This document shows, piece by piece, positions 46,719 through 55,492 of a DNA stretch of 64,000 bases (position 1 is its first letter; the number at the start of each line of letters is the position of its first letter). The stretch is taken from assembly GCA_046290465.1 (NCBI GenBank), contig JBKAGP010000001.1, forward strand, positions 6,464,001 through 6,528,000, in the 5' to 3' direction. The position numbers and the translations under genes are program-made. The DNA is from Planctomycetota bacterium. GTDB lineage: Bacteria > Planctomycetota > UBA1135 > UBA2386. The notes beneath the pieces are model-generated. The model was not told where the DNA came from. It worked only from the letters and a program-made list of their open reading frames with translations, and searched no databases.

Positions 46719-47650
46719 CAGTTCGCCTCCCCGGCTGCGGCTGCGAGCGCGGCGTCGCGCTCCTCGACGGTGCGCACAAACACCTCGTGCAGCGACGGTT
46801 CGCGGATGTCGAAGCTGCGGATCGTCAGGTGCTCGACCAGCCAGCGCAGCGCCTCCTGCGGATCCTGGCCCTCCTGGAGGTAGAGCTCGGCCGCCTTGTT
46901 GTCGTCGTTGACGCGGTCGAGCCCGGGCAGTTGCTTCAGCACCGAGCCGTCACCGTCGTACTCGATCCGGATGCCCTGGTCGCGGCCCTCCTTGATCTGT
47001 GCGACTGTGCCCTCGAACGCGAGCTGGCCCTTGTGGATCATCATCATCTCGTCGCAGAGCTTCTCGGCCTGCTCCATGACGTGCGTCGAGAAGATGACCG
47101 TGCGGCCGTCGCGCTTCATGTCGAGGATCGTGTCCCGCATCACGTCCCGGTTGACCGGGTCCAACCCACTGAACGGCTCGTCGAGGATCACCAGGTCCGG
47201 GTCGTGGATGATGGTGCCGAGGATCTGGACCTTCTGGCCCATGCCCTTGGACATCGCCTCGCACTTTTTGTCGAGCCAGTCGCCGAGCCCGTATTGCGTC
47301 AGCAGCTCCTTGGCCTTGAGGTTGGCCGTGGAGGGGTCCATGCCCTTGAGCTTGCCGAAGTAGGCGACGATCTCCGCCGTCTTCATCTTCTTGTAGAGGC
47401 CCTTCTCCTCCGGCAGGTAGCCGAGGCGGTCCTTCACTTCGGCGGCGTCGGAATGGCCGAGCACCCGGATGGTGCCCTGGTCCTGGTGGAAGATGCTCAT
47501 CACCATGCGGATGGTGGTCGTCTTGCCGGCGCCGTTCTGCCCGAGGAACCCGTAGATGCAGCCCTTGGGAACCGTGAGGGACAGGTTGTCGACAGCCGTG
47601 AATTGACCGAACCGCTTGGTGACGCCTTCGAGTTTGAGCGCGTGATCCAT
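46718..47650 (-). CDS. ABC exporter ATP-binding protein
   Basis: GQNGAGKTT, MSKGM, ILDEPFSGLD, STH. Confidence 0.96.
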   Translation of the reverse strand: MDHALKLEGVTKRFGQFTAVDNLSLTVPKGCIYGFLGQNGAGKTTTIRMVMSIFHQDQGTIRVLGHSDAAEVKDRLGYLPEEKGLYKKMKTAEIVAYFGKLKGMDPSTANLKAKELLTQYGLGDWLDKKCEAMSKGMGQKVQILGTIIHDPDLVILDEPFSGLDPVNRDVMRDTILDMKRDGRTVIFSTHVMEQAEKLCDEMMMIHKGQLAFEGTVAQIKEGRDQGIRIEYDGDGSVLKQLPGLDRVNDDNKAAELYLQEGQDPQEALRWLVEHLTIRSFDIREPSLHEVFVRTVEERDAALAAAAGEAN

Positions 47651-47733
47651 GTGGCGAGGCGGCAGGTGGCCGCAGGGCGCAGAAGATTGTCACCGTGCCC
47701 TCGTCAGGGCAAGCCCGGCCACCGGACGAACGC

Positions 47734-48216
47734 CTACTCGCCGTCGTCGCCGAGGAACGCGCCGTTGGTGAACACGAAGTCGTCCTCCTCGACGCGGTCG
47801 TGGCACTTCGAGCAGAACCGGTCCGGTCCGGCGCCACCGGTGCCGACCGCCCAGTGCCAGGTGTCGGCGCCGGTGCCTTCCTGCACCTTGATCATCACCG
47901 TCAGTTCGGGGGCCTGGTCCCGCCGCCAGTCGCGTTCGTCGGCGAACTGCTCCTTCACGACGACCGTGCCGACCGGGTAGGCATACGGGCCGTCCGACAG
48001 CAGCATCTGCTTGCCGACGTCGTTGACCCAGACGTTGCGGTAGCCGTCGGCGGCCTCGTGCACGCCGTCGAGGTCGCCGTTCGGGTCGCCGTGCAGGCCC
48101 TTCACGACCGAGGTCCACGAGCGGTAGTCCTGCCAGCGTGGGTCGGGCTGGCCCTGGAACAGGGTGCAGGAAGTGACGGCGGCGGCGAGAAGGACGGCGA
48201 GGGAGGACGTGCGCAT
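47734..48216 (-). CDS. Cytochrome P460 family lipoprotein
   Basis: Lipobox-like VTSC; DYRSW, YPVGTVVVKE, VMIK, WHW, CSKCH near the C-terminus, DFVF. Confidence 0.85.
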   Translation of the reverse strand: MRTSSLAVLLAAAVTSCTLFQGQPDPRWQDYRSWTSVVKGLHGDPNGDLDGVHEAADGYRNVWVNDVGKQMLLSDGPYAYPVGTVVVKEQFADERDWRRDQAPELTVMIKVQEGTGADTWHWAVGTGGAGPDRFCSKCHDRVEEDDFVFTNGAFLGDDGE

Positions 48217-48351
48217 GGGATGGCTCGGCGCCGTTCTACGCGCCGGCCGGGTCAGGTTCCCGCGGACGAACTTGTCGGGCGGCCGGCCGGTCTTTCGTTG
48301 ATGTGGTCGCGTTCGTCTGCAACCCTCGACGATCGGAGACAGGAGCATCGG

Positions 48352-48843
48352 ATGAGACAGACTGCGTTGGCCTTGGCGTTGTTCGTGTTGGCGGCCTGTG
48401 GCGCGAAGCCGCCGCACCAGTTGCCGACGATGAAGCAGGCGTGTGCGTTCCCCGGCACCGAGGCCGGGCTGCGCGCGTTCATGCGGCAGTTCGTGACGGT
48501 GCCCGATCGCGGTGGCCTGACCAACGGCATGCGCGCCGTCGCCGCGGACTATGACGCGGTGTTCGAGCCGGCGGCCGCGGCCCGGCTCGAGACCGCGCTC
48601 GAGCAGCGTTGGCACGATGGGCTCGCGTTCGCGCCGGACATCCCGGAGGAGCGCGCCGTGATCACCATCGAGAAGCTCGCGCGCGACGATGCCCGCCTGG
48701 TGGGGGTGGTCCGCGACGGTGTCGATCTCTACTGCGTGACGTTCGAGGACCGCGGTTCGCCGTCCGAGGCGATGAAGCTGCAGGTGGTCGCACGGGTCGG
48801 CTCGTGCTGGCGCCTGTTCCTCAACCCGTGGGATCACTTGTAG
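48352..48843 (+). CDS. Hypothetical lipoprotein
   Basis: SD AGGAG; MRQTALALALFVLAA-C lipobox. Confidence 0.75.
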   Translation: MRQTALALALFVLAACGAKPPHQLPTMKQACAFPGTEAGLRAFMRQFVTVPDRGGLTNGMRAVAADYDAVFEPAAAARLETALEQRWHDGLAFAPDIPEERAVITIEKLARDDARLVGVVRDGVDLYCVTFEDRGSPSEAMKLQVVARVGSCWRLFLNPWDHL

Positions 48844-48963
48844 TCCCTGCGTCCCAGTCCACCGGTCCTCGTGCACGGGTCTTGGTGCACTGGTCCGGGC
48901 GCGGCATTCCTGGTGCGGCCGTAGCCGTCCCCGACCGTCCCTCGTTCCAACTGGAGGCCCTGC

Positions 48964-49593
48964 ATGCCACCGTCAACCATCGTCTCTCCCGCCTACGACC
49001 GCGTCCGCAGCAAGCTGGACACCGGCGACATCGTGCTGTTCCAGGGCCGCGGCTTCGTCAGCCACATGATCCGGCTGGGCACCAGCAGCCGCTGGTCGCA
49101 CGTCGGCATGGTCGTCAAGCAGGACGAGTGGGGCACGCTGATGTTGTGGGAGTCGCAGGGCATCCAGAACCTGACCGACGTGCTGACCGGCACCGCGCGC
49201 AACGGCGTCAAGCTGGTGGTGCTGAGCGATCGCGTCAAGACGTTCGACGGCGAGGTGTCGGTGCGGCGGCTGACCGGCTTCGAGCGCGACGCGGCGATGA
49301 AGCGCAAGCTGCGCGCGTTCCGCAACGAGGTGCGCGGCCGCCCGTTCGAGAAGAGCGTGCTGACGCAGATCAAGGCGGCGCTCGACGACGGCATCGGCCT
49401 CGGTCACAACGAGGAGGACCTGTCGAGCCTGTTCTGCAGCGAACTGATCGCCGAGACCTACCAGCGGCTCGGCCTGCTCGGCGACGAGCTGCCGTCGGCC
49501 GAGTACGTGCCGGCCGACTTCTCGAGCGAGCGCGAGGCGCGGCTGCACCTGCTGGGGAACGCCAGGCTGGGCAAGGAGCAGAAGCTGAAGTGA
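48964..49593 (+). CDS. Permuted papain-like NlpC/P60 enzyme (YiiX/YebB-like)
   Basis: GDIVLF, SRWSHVGM (His precedes Cys), LFCSELIA. Confidence 0.88.
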   Translation: MPPSTIVSPAYDRVRSKLDTGDIVLFQGRGFVSHMIRLGTSSRWSHVGMVVKQDEWGTLMLWESQGIQNLTDVLTGTARNGVKLVVLSDRVKTFDGEVSVRRLTGFERDAAMKRKLRAFRNEVRGRPFEKSVLTQIKAALDDGIGLGHNEEDLSSLFCSELIAETYQRLGLLGDELPSAEYVPADFSSEREARLHLLGNARLGKEQKLK

Positions 49594-49621
49594 CGGCGGC
49601 CTGACGTCAACGCGCAAACGC

Positions 49622-49699
49622 GCAACCACCGCATACGGAACCGGGTCATCCTGCGCCGCGAAGCGGCGCAGGATGAACCCGGTTCGGTGCGGTGGTTGC
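49622..49699. repeat. 78-nt imperfect palindrome between convergent genes (terminator or MITE-like)
   Basis: GCAACCACCGCAT..GAACCGGG-TCATCCTGCGCCGC-gaa-GCGGCGCAGGATGA-a-CCCGGTTC..GTGCGGTGGTTGC. Confidence 0.8.
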
Positions 49700-49732
49700 C
49701 GGGCGGGTGGTGCCCGGCGTGGTCTCGGGGGC

Positions 49733-51010
49733 CTAGTTCCAGGTGACGCGGCGCAGGTTGGTGCGGCCCAGATAGCTGAGGTCGTTGCCGAACGCGACGC
49801 CGACGATGTCCCAGGTCTGGCCGAAGAAGGTGGCCATGCCGAGCGCCGGGATCGCCAGCGGCTGCGGATCGGCGCTGCCCGACCACGCCAGCGGGTTGCC
49901 CGGCGTCGGCGTCAGGTTGAACAGCACGAACGTCAGCGCGTCCGGCTGCAGACCGAAGAACGGGCCGGTGTCGACCGGCAGCTGCGTCGAGGCGCTCATC
50001 AGCAGGAAGCCGAAGCCGGTCCCGTTCGGCGTGTTGTCGACCTCGAAGTAGGCGCCGAGCGGAGCGACCGCCTCGGCCCGCAGGCGGAACGGCTCGGTGG
50101 TTCCGCCGACCACCGCGCAGCCGCGCGAGTAGCCGTTGCCGTTGGGGTAGGTGATCGAGCCGTTGGCCGTCGCGGCGATGCCGCCGGGCGGGATGGTCGC
50201 GACGTTCGGCAGCACGTGGGTCGCGTAGTACTCACTGAGCAGGATGTCGCCGTTGTGGTCGAAGGCGGCGCTGCGGATCGTGCCCGGGCTCGATGGCGTG
50301 CCGAGCGTGCCGTAGTAGTACTGCGGCGCCGACGAGAACTGCAGGTCGACGCGGCCGGCGCTGCCGCCGGTCACGAACACCAGCTGCTGGCTCGGGCCGT
50401 CGACCAGCAGCTCGACCAGCGAGCCGAGCCCGCTCTGCACCAGCTGCGCGTTGCCGTTGCCGGACGCGAGCCGGAACACCCGGCCGTCGTTGGTGCCGAC
50501 GTAGAGGTCGCCGGTGGTCGGCGAGACCGCGAGGCACGTCGACTTGTTGCTCCACGGCTGCGTGCCGGTGGTGATCGCCGTGGCGATGCCGGTGTCGACG
50601 TCGACGCGGTGCAGCTGGTAGTAGCTGCTGAGCAGCACGATCTCCGAGCCGGAGGCGTCCCAGGTCATCGCGACCGGCGACGCGAACTGGCCGGCCGGCG
50701 CGACGACCGACGACACCGTGCTGGTCGCGGAGGTGAACTCGATGCGGATCAGCTGGCCGTTGGTGGCGCCGCCGACCGTCGAGCTGCAGACGAACGAATC
50801 GGGCTCGCTCGGATCCCAGAGGATGTTCGCGATCCCGATCGGCGCGGCGAACGACGTCGACGACGCGCCGCTGGCGCTCAGCACGCCGACGTAGCTGTTG
50901 CCGGCCGTGACGACCTGGCCGGCCTGGAAGAACTGCGGAGTCTGCGCGTCGGCGATCGACGACAGGGTGAGGGTTGCCAGCAGTGGCAGGACGAGTTGGT
51001 TGGTGTTCAT
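49733..51010 (-). CDS. Secreted beta-propeller-like protein with C-terminal beta domain
   Basis: Signal peptide ending ADA-Q; repeated blades (ILWDP, MTWDASG, LAVSPTTGDLYVG, LLVDGP, AFDHNGDILL). Confidence 0.75.
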   Translation of the reverse strand: MNTNQLVLPLLATLTLSSIADAQTPQFFQAGQVVTAGNSYVGVLSASGASSTSFAAPIGIANILWDPSEPDSFVCSSTVGGATNGQLIRIEFTSATSTVSSVVAPAGQFASPVAMTWDASGSEIVLLSSYYQLHRVDVDTGIATAITTGTQPWSNKSTCLAVSPTTGDLYVGTNDGRVFRLASGNGNAQLVQSGLGSLVELLVDGPSQQLVFVTGGSAGRVDLQFSSAPQYYYGTLGTPSSPGTIRSAAFDHNGDILLSEYYATHVLPNVATIPPGGIAATANGSITYPNGNGYSRGCAVVGGTTEPFRLRAEAVAPLGAYFEVDNTPNGTGFGFLLMSASTQLPVDTGPFFGLQPDALTFVLFNLTPTPGNPLAWSGSADPQPLAIPALGMATFFGQTWDIVGVAFGNDLSYLGRTNLRRVTWN

Positions 51011-51059
51011 GCTCTCTTTCGTGGTGGTGCGACCGGCGACGTGCCGGCGCTGCCGCGGA

Positions 51060-51086
51060 GAGCGGGACCCGCTGCGGATCGGTTAC
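51060..51086 (-). promoter_or_regulatory. Putative ECF promoter GTAACCG-N14-CCGCTC (copy 1)
   Basis: On the + strand GAGCGG 51060-51065 and CGGTTAC 51080-51086; about 50 nt upstream of the start at 51010. Confidence 0.7.
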
Positions 51087-51140
51087 GAGCTGGGCGAAAA
51101 CGTCGGCGATCGAACCGGCGCACCCGGGCAGGTGCCGCGA

Positions 51141-52520
51141 TCAGCGTCGCTCGGCCGCGACCAGCTCGAACCAGGCGGCCGCCAGCGCGGCGTCGGCGCG
51201 CGCCGACTCGCCCGCGTCGTGCGCGTGGATCGCCGTGCGCAGCGCGGTGAGCAGCGGGGCCCATGCGCCTGGCGCGGCGCCGCTGGCCGACGAAGCGGCG
51301 GCGAGGCCGCGGCGCAGGCGATCGCGGTCGGGCGCGCGACCGTCGGCCGGGGGCGGTGCCAGCAGCGACAGGTGCAGCGGCAGCCGTTCGTGCTGGCCGA
51401 ACTCGTCCAGCACCGCGGCGATCCGGTGCGGCGCGAACGACGCGTCGGGCCCGTCGGCGGCGTCGTCGGTCCAGACCGTGCGGCAGGCGCGGATCCAGAA
51501 CCAGTAGGCGCGGGCGCGGTCGCGTTCCGCCGAGCCGGCGTCGGCGGCGGCGATGCGGGTGTCGATCCGCTGCAGTTCGTCCTGGAACGTGCGCGCGTCG
51601 CGCACCGGTGGGGGATACGGGCAGCGATCCGGCCAGCCGGCCGTCGACCCCGGCCAACGCCAGAGCACCGCGATGGCGGCGGTGGCCAGCAGCAGCGCGA
51701 GCGCCAGCAGCCAGCGGCCGCGTCGGTTGGTTGCGGCGGTTGCCGGGCCGGCAGCCGATCCCGGCGGCCGATCGTTCGCCGTTGGGGCCGCCGCCGCCGC
51801 CGCGACGCCGCGGTCGCGCAGCCGGCTGCGGTCGTCGTCGGCCGTCGGGGCCGCCCCGCGGTGGCCGAGCAGGTGCAGGAGCTGCTGCAGGCCGAGATCG
51901 ACCAGCGTCAGGCGCCGGCCGGCATCGCGGCCGCTGACCACCAGGTGTTCGTCGTCGATGGCGCCGTGCGCGAGGCCGAGCTGGTGGGCCCGCGCGATCG
52001 CGTCGGCCAGCTTCCCGAGGTCGCTGCGCAGCCGCGGCGGCGCCGCGCCCAGGTCGTCTTCCGCAGCCAGTGGGCGGCCCGGCACCCAGTCGCGCGCGAA
52101 CCAGTGCTGGCCCGCATCGTCGCGGCCGATCGCGCGGAAGCGCGCCACGCCGCGCGCGTCGATCCGTTCGAGCGTCGCGACCAGGTCCCCGAGCCGCCGT
52201 ACAAGCTCCGGATCGGCGCTCGGGGCCGATTCGATCACGTGCAGGGCGACCGGGCAGCCGTCGCGTTCGTCGTCGGCCAGCAGGGTGCGCCCCCAGGCTC
52301 GTCGCTGCACCGTCGTGCGGGCGCGGAACGGGCCGAACACGTGGCCCGACGGCGGTGGCTCTCGGTCGCCGACGTCGACGTCGGCGCAGATCTCGAGGAT
52401 CCCGTGTCGGTGGTCCGGATGTCGGCGCAGCAGCTCCTGCAGCCGAACGGCCTGCTCGCCGGCGTCCTCGAGGTCGAGGATCTCGAGGGCGGCCTCTTCG
52501 ATGGGGTCGGGAAGGGTCAC
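51141..52520 (-). CDS. Membrane-anchored Ser/Thr pseudokinase
   Basis: Kinase scaffold with degenerate motifs: FGPFRA, VALHVI (no Lys), DWVPGRPL, AHGAIDDEHL (no HRD), LVDLG; TM WLLALALLLATAAIAVLW. GTG start inferred. Confidence 0.75.
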   Translation of the reverse strand: MTLPDPIEEAALEILDLEDAGEQAVRLQELLRRHPDHRHGILEICADVDVGDREPPPSGHVFGPFRARTTVQRRAWGRTLLADDERDGCPVALHVIESAPSADPELVRRLGDLVATLERIDARGVARFRAIGRDDAGQHWFARDWVPGRPLAAEDDLGAAPPRLRSDLGKLADAIARAHQLGLAHGAIDDEHLVVSGRDAGRRLTLVDLGLQQLLHLLGHRGAAPTADDDRSRLRDRGVAAAAAAPTANDRPPGSAAGPATAATNRRGRWLLALALLLATAAIAVLWRWPGSTAGWPDRCPYPPPVRDARTFQDELQRIDTRIAAADAGSAERDRARAYWFWIRACRTVWTDDAADGPDASFAPHRIAAVLDEFGQHERLPLHLSLLAPPPADGRAPDRDRLRRGLAAASSASGAAPGAWAPLLTALRTAIHAHDAGESARADAALAAAWFELVAAERR

Positions 52521-52639
52521 GTCCAGGAACGAACTTGCAGCCGTGCACGGGCAGCGCGGGCCGCCATCCTCCGCCGCCGCGACTTGGATGTCACGTGCGG
52601 TTCGGCTAACACCCTGGCTGCAGGATCTGCGAGGATCCT

Positions 52640-52666
52640 GTAACCGCGCGCGGGGAGAGTCCGCTC
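52640..52666 (+). promoter_or_regulatory. Putative ECF promoter GTAACCG-N14-CCGCTC (copy 2)
   Basis: GTAACCG 52640-52646 and CCGCTC 52661-52666; 9 nt before ATG 52676. Confidence 0.7.
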
Positions 52667-52675
52667 CTGCTGCTG

Positions 52676-55492
52676 ATGGGAACCACCATGCCAGAATTGC
52701 ACCGTCTATCGTTGGCCGCAGCCGCCCCGGTGGCGCTCGCGGCGTTCCTGCTGCCGGCTTCGGCCGGTTGCCAGCAAGAGGCGCCGGACCAGGTCCGGGC
52801 GGCCCTGGTCGAGGCCTGCCAGGGCCGGAGCACCGCGGCGAACGTCGTGGTGTTCCCGATCCAGTTGATGGAGACCGACGGTCCCTATCTGCGCTTCGGC
52901 CGCGCCGGCGACAAGGTCGCGGACTGGGTCGCCAAGGGCCTGCGCTCGGCCAAGGTCGACGGTGGCGCGCCACGGGTGATGGTCGGTGGCCGGCTCGCGG
53001 CGTCGCTGCGCAAGGCCAACCGTCCGCCGGAGGCCTACGACCCCGAGTTCGCGCTCGACCACGCGGCGCTGGTCGGCGCCACCCACGCGGTGGTCGGCGA
53101 ACTGTACTGGGAGTCGCGGCGGCTGCGCCTGGAGCTGCGCCTGTTCGACGTGGTCGACGGTGAAGGCGTCGAGATCGGCCAGTACGACCAGGACCTCGGC
53201 GGCCCTGCGGCCTGGCCCGGCCGCTTCGGCGGCAAGCTGGTCACGGCGATGGAGTCGGGCTCGCGCACGCCGTGGGCTGCCGGCGGGGTCGATCCCGATC
53301 CCGACGTCGAACTGCAGGCGATCGGCGAGGCGGTCGGGGCACGGATCCGCGACGCGGCCGGTGCTGCCTGGAGCCGGGGCCGGGTCGTGCTGGTCGCGGC
53401 GGACCAGCAGGGCCAGACGTCGCAACTGACCGGCGACGTGCTCACGGCGGTGCGGGCGGTGCTGGCCGACGCGGGCGTCGAGACCGTCGCGTCGGACGGC
53501 CTGGCGCGTTCGCTGCAGGCCGACCGTAACCGCTCCCTGTGGCACTGGGGCTCGGCGATGTTGTCCGGCGACCGGCAGGCGGTCGCGGCCGGCCTCGGCG
53601 AGGCCGGCTTGCAGCACGCGCTGTGGCTGCAGGTGCGCGACCGCGGCAACGGCACGTTCTCGCTGTCGGCGACGCGGGTCGATGCCGACGGCCGCACCAG
53701 TACGATCCCTTGCGGGACGTTCGGCCGGGTGCCGGCGCTCGGCGCGTTGATGGCGCGGCGCCATGCCGCGCAGCGCGCGCCGCTCAGCACCTTCGAGGCC
53801 GACCCGCGTTCGGAGCTGTTCCTGGCGGTCGATCAGGCCGCCCGCAAGCTGGCCGACGCCAACCGGTCGCGCCTGCAGCCCGGTGACGCGCTCGGGCTCG
53901 GGGGTCTGCGGCTCGGCTCGCAGCGCAAGTTCGACGACCTGCTCGACAGCTTCCGCGAACAGGTCGATCGCTGGCGTGCGGACCTCGAGCGCGAACACGC
54001 GTCGGCCGAGCCGGTCGAACGGCGCCGGCTGGTGCTCGACTCGGAGGCCAAGCTGCAGTTCGGCGACCGGCTCTACCGTTCGTTGCGCCAGGCCGAGGGT
54101 GCGCTGGCGCAGATGGAGCACGCGCGGCTGGCGATCACGGCGTCGACCAGCGATCTCGAGGACCTGCGTTCGCGGCTGCGGGATTCGCTGGCGGCGGCCG
54201 GGCTGCCGTTCGCCGGCGGCGACGAGGAGATCGAGAAGGTGCTGGCGCAGCACCGCGCGATGCAGGACGTCGCGATGCTGCTGCGCGAGCCGATGCCGCT
54301 GCCGTCGGTCAGCGGGCCGCGCTTCATGATCGACGCGCGGGTCCGCGACGAGGGCAAGGGCCGCGGTGTGGTGGTGACGGCGTGCCTGCTCGACATGCAC
54401 ACCGGCCGGCCGACGCCGCCGGTCGAGGTGGCGACGCTGCCGGCGTGCCGTGACGGCATCCTGAAGATCGTTGGCGACATCGCGGCGAGCCAGCTGGCCG
54501 TCGAGGTGCCGAAGCCGGATCCGCGGCTGCTGGTCGACGTCGAGGAGGCCAAGGTCGCACCCGAGCCGGTGCTCGCCAGCGGCGAGCAGACCGAGACCGA
54601 GGCCGAGACCGAGCAGCCCGCGTCGGACGAGACCGAGCAAGCACCGCCAAAGCCTCGACCGGTGCGCAACCTCGAGCGCTTCCTCGAGGCGCGCGTCGGC
54701 AACGTCGTGATGCAGTTCCAGCGCGGCGAGCGGGACTTCGTGCACCACCGGGCCGGCACCTGCTTCGCGATCCGTCTGCCCGACGGACGCGGCGTGCTGG
54801 TCACCAACCGCCACGTGGTGACCGGTCGCGACGAGAAGACCGGCAAGATCGTGCTCGCGACCGAGACCCAGACGTTCGGCTTCCCCAAGTCGATCTGGGT
54901 GCACTTCCCGACCGCCGACGGCGGCACCGAGAACTTCGAGGCCAGGGTGCTCGGCTGGTCGCCGCGCTGTGACCTGGCGGTGCTCGAGGACCGGCGGCGC
55001 GATCCGGTGTTTTTCGAGATGGCGCCGGCCGACTCGGTGCAGCTCGGGGATCCGCTGCTGGTCGCCGGCTACCCGGGCAAGTCGCACGAAGCGCGCGGTC
55101 TGCAGGACGTCGTGGTCGTGCGCGACGACAACGGCACGCCGCGGATCGGAGCCGACGGCCGGGCCGTCACCAAGGCCTCGGACCTGATCTTCAGCGGCGG
55201 CGCCGGCGACGTCAAAGGGCTGGTCGACATCTTCGTGACCCGCGGCGCGTTCAACTCGTTCGGCCGTCCCAAGCGCGGCGAGTTCCTCGGCCGCAGCGCC
55301 GCGTTCGACGCCAGCGCGTTCCACGGCAACAGCGGCGGTCCGGTGATGACCCGCGACCTCAAGGTGTTCGTGGTGCTGAACAGCGGGCGGTTCACGGCCG
55401 AGGTCGGCGAGAGCAACCCGCTCAACCTCGGCCTGGTGCTCGAGGACCACCTCGAGGAGCTCGTGCGCCTGGCCGGCCAGGAGGGCAAGTGA
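52676..55492 (+). CDS. Exported (likely lipoprotein) trypsin-like serine protease with repeated N-terminal alpha/beta domains
   Basis: Signal ending ASAG-C; triad VTNRHVV, CDLAVL, HGNSGGPV; about three TolB-N/CsgG-like units before an acidic linker. Confidence 0.85.
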   Translation: MGTTMPELHRLSLAAAAPVALAAFLLPASAGCQQEAPDQVRAALVEACQGRSTAANVVVFPIQLMETDGPYLRFGRAGDKVADWVAKGLRSAKVDGGAPRVMVGGRLAASLRKANRPPEAYDPEFALDHAALVGATHAVVGELYWESRRLRLELRLFDVVDGEGVEIGQYDQDLGGPAAWPGRFGGKLVTAMESGSRTPWAAGGVDPDPDVELQAIGEAVGARIRDAAGAAWSRGRVVLVAADQQGQTSQLTGDVLTAVRAVLADAGVETVASDGLARSLQADRNRSLWHWGSAMLSGDRQAVAAGLGEAGLQHALWLQVRDRGNGTFSLSATRVDADGRTSTIPCGTFGRVPALGALMARRHAAQRAPLSTFEADPRSELFLAVDQAARKLADANRSRLQPGDALGLGGLRLGSQRKFDDLLDSFREQVDRWRADLEREHASAEPVERRRLVLDSEAKLQFGDRLYRSLRQAEGALAQMEHARLAITASTSDLEDLRSRLRDSLAAAGLPFAGGDEEIEKVLAQHRAMQDVAMLLREPMPLPSVSGPRFMIDARVRDEGKGRGVVVTACLLDMHTGRPTPPVEVATLPACRDGILKIVGDIAASQLAVEVPKPDPRLLVDVEEAKVAPEPVLASGEQTETEAETEQPASDETEQAPPKPRPVRNLERFLEARVGNVVMQFQRGERDFVHHRAGTCFAIRLPDGRGVLVTNRHVVTGRDEKTGKIVLATETQTFGFPKSIWVHFPTADGGTENFEARVLGWSPRCDLAVLEDRRRDPVFFEMAPADSVQLGDPLLVAGYPGKSHEARGLQDVVVVRDDNGTPRIGADGRAVTKASDLIFSGGAGDVKGLVDIFVTRGAFNSFGRPKRGEFLGRSAAFDASAFHGNSGGPVMTRDLKVFVVLNSGRFTAEVGESNPLNLGLVLEDHLEELVRLAGQEGK

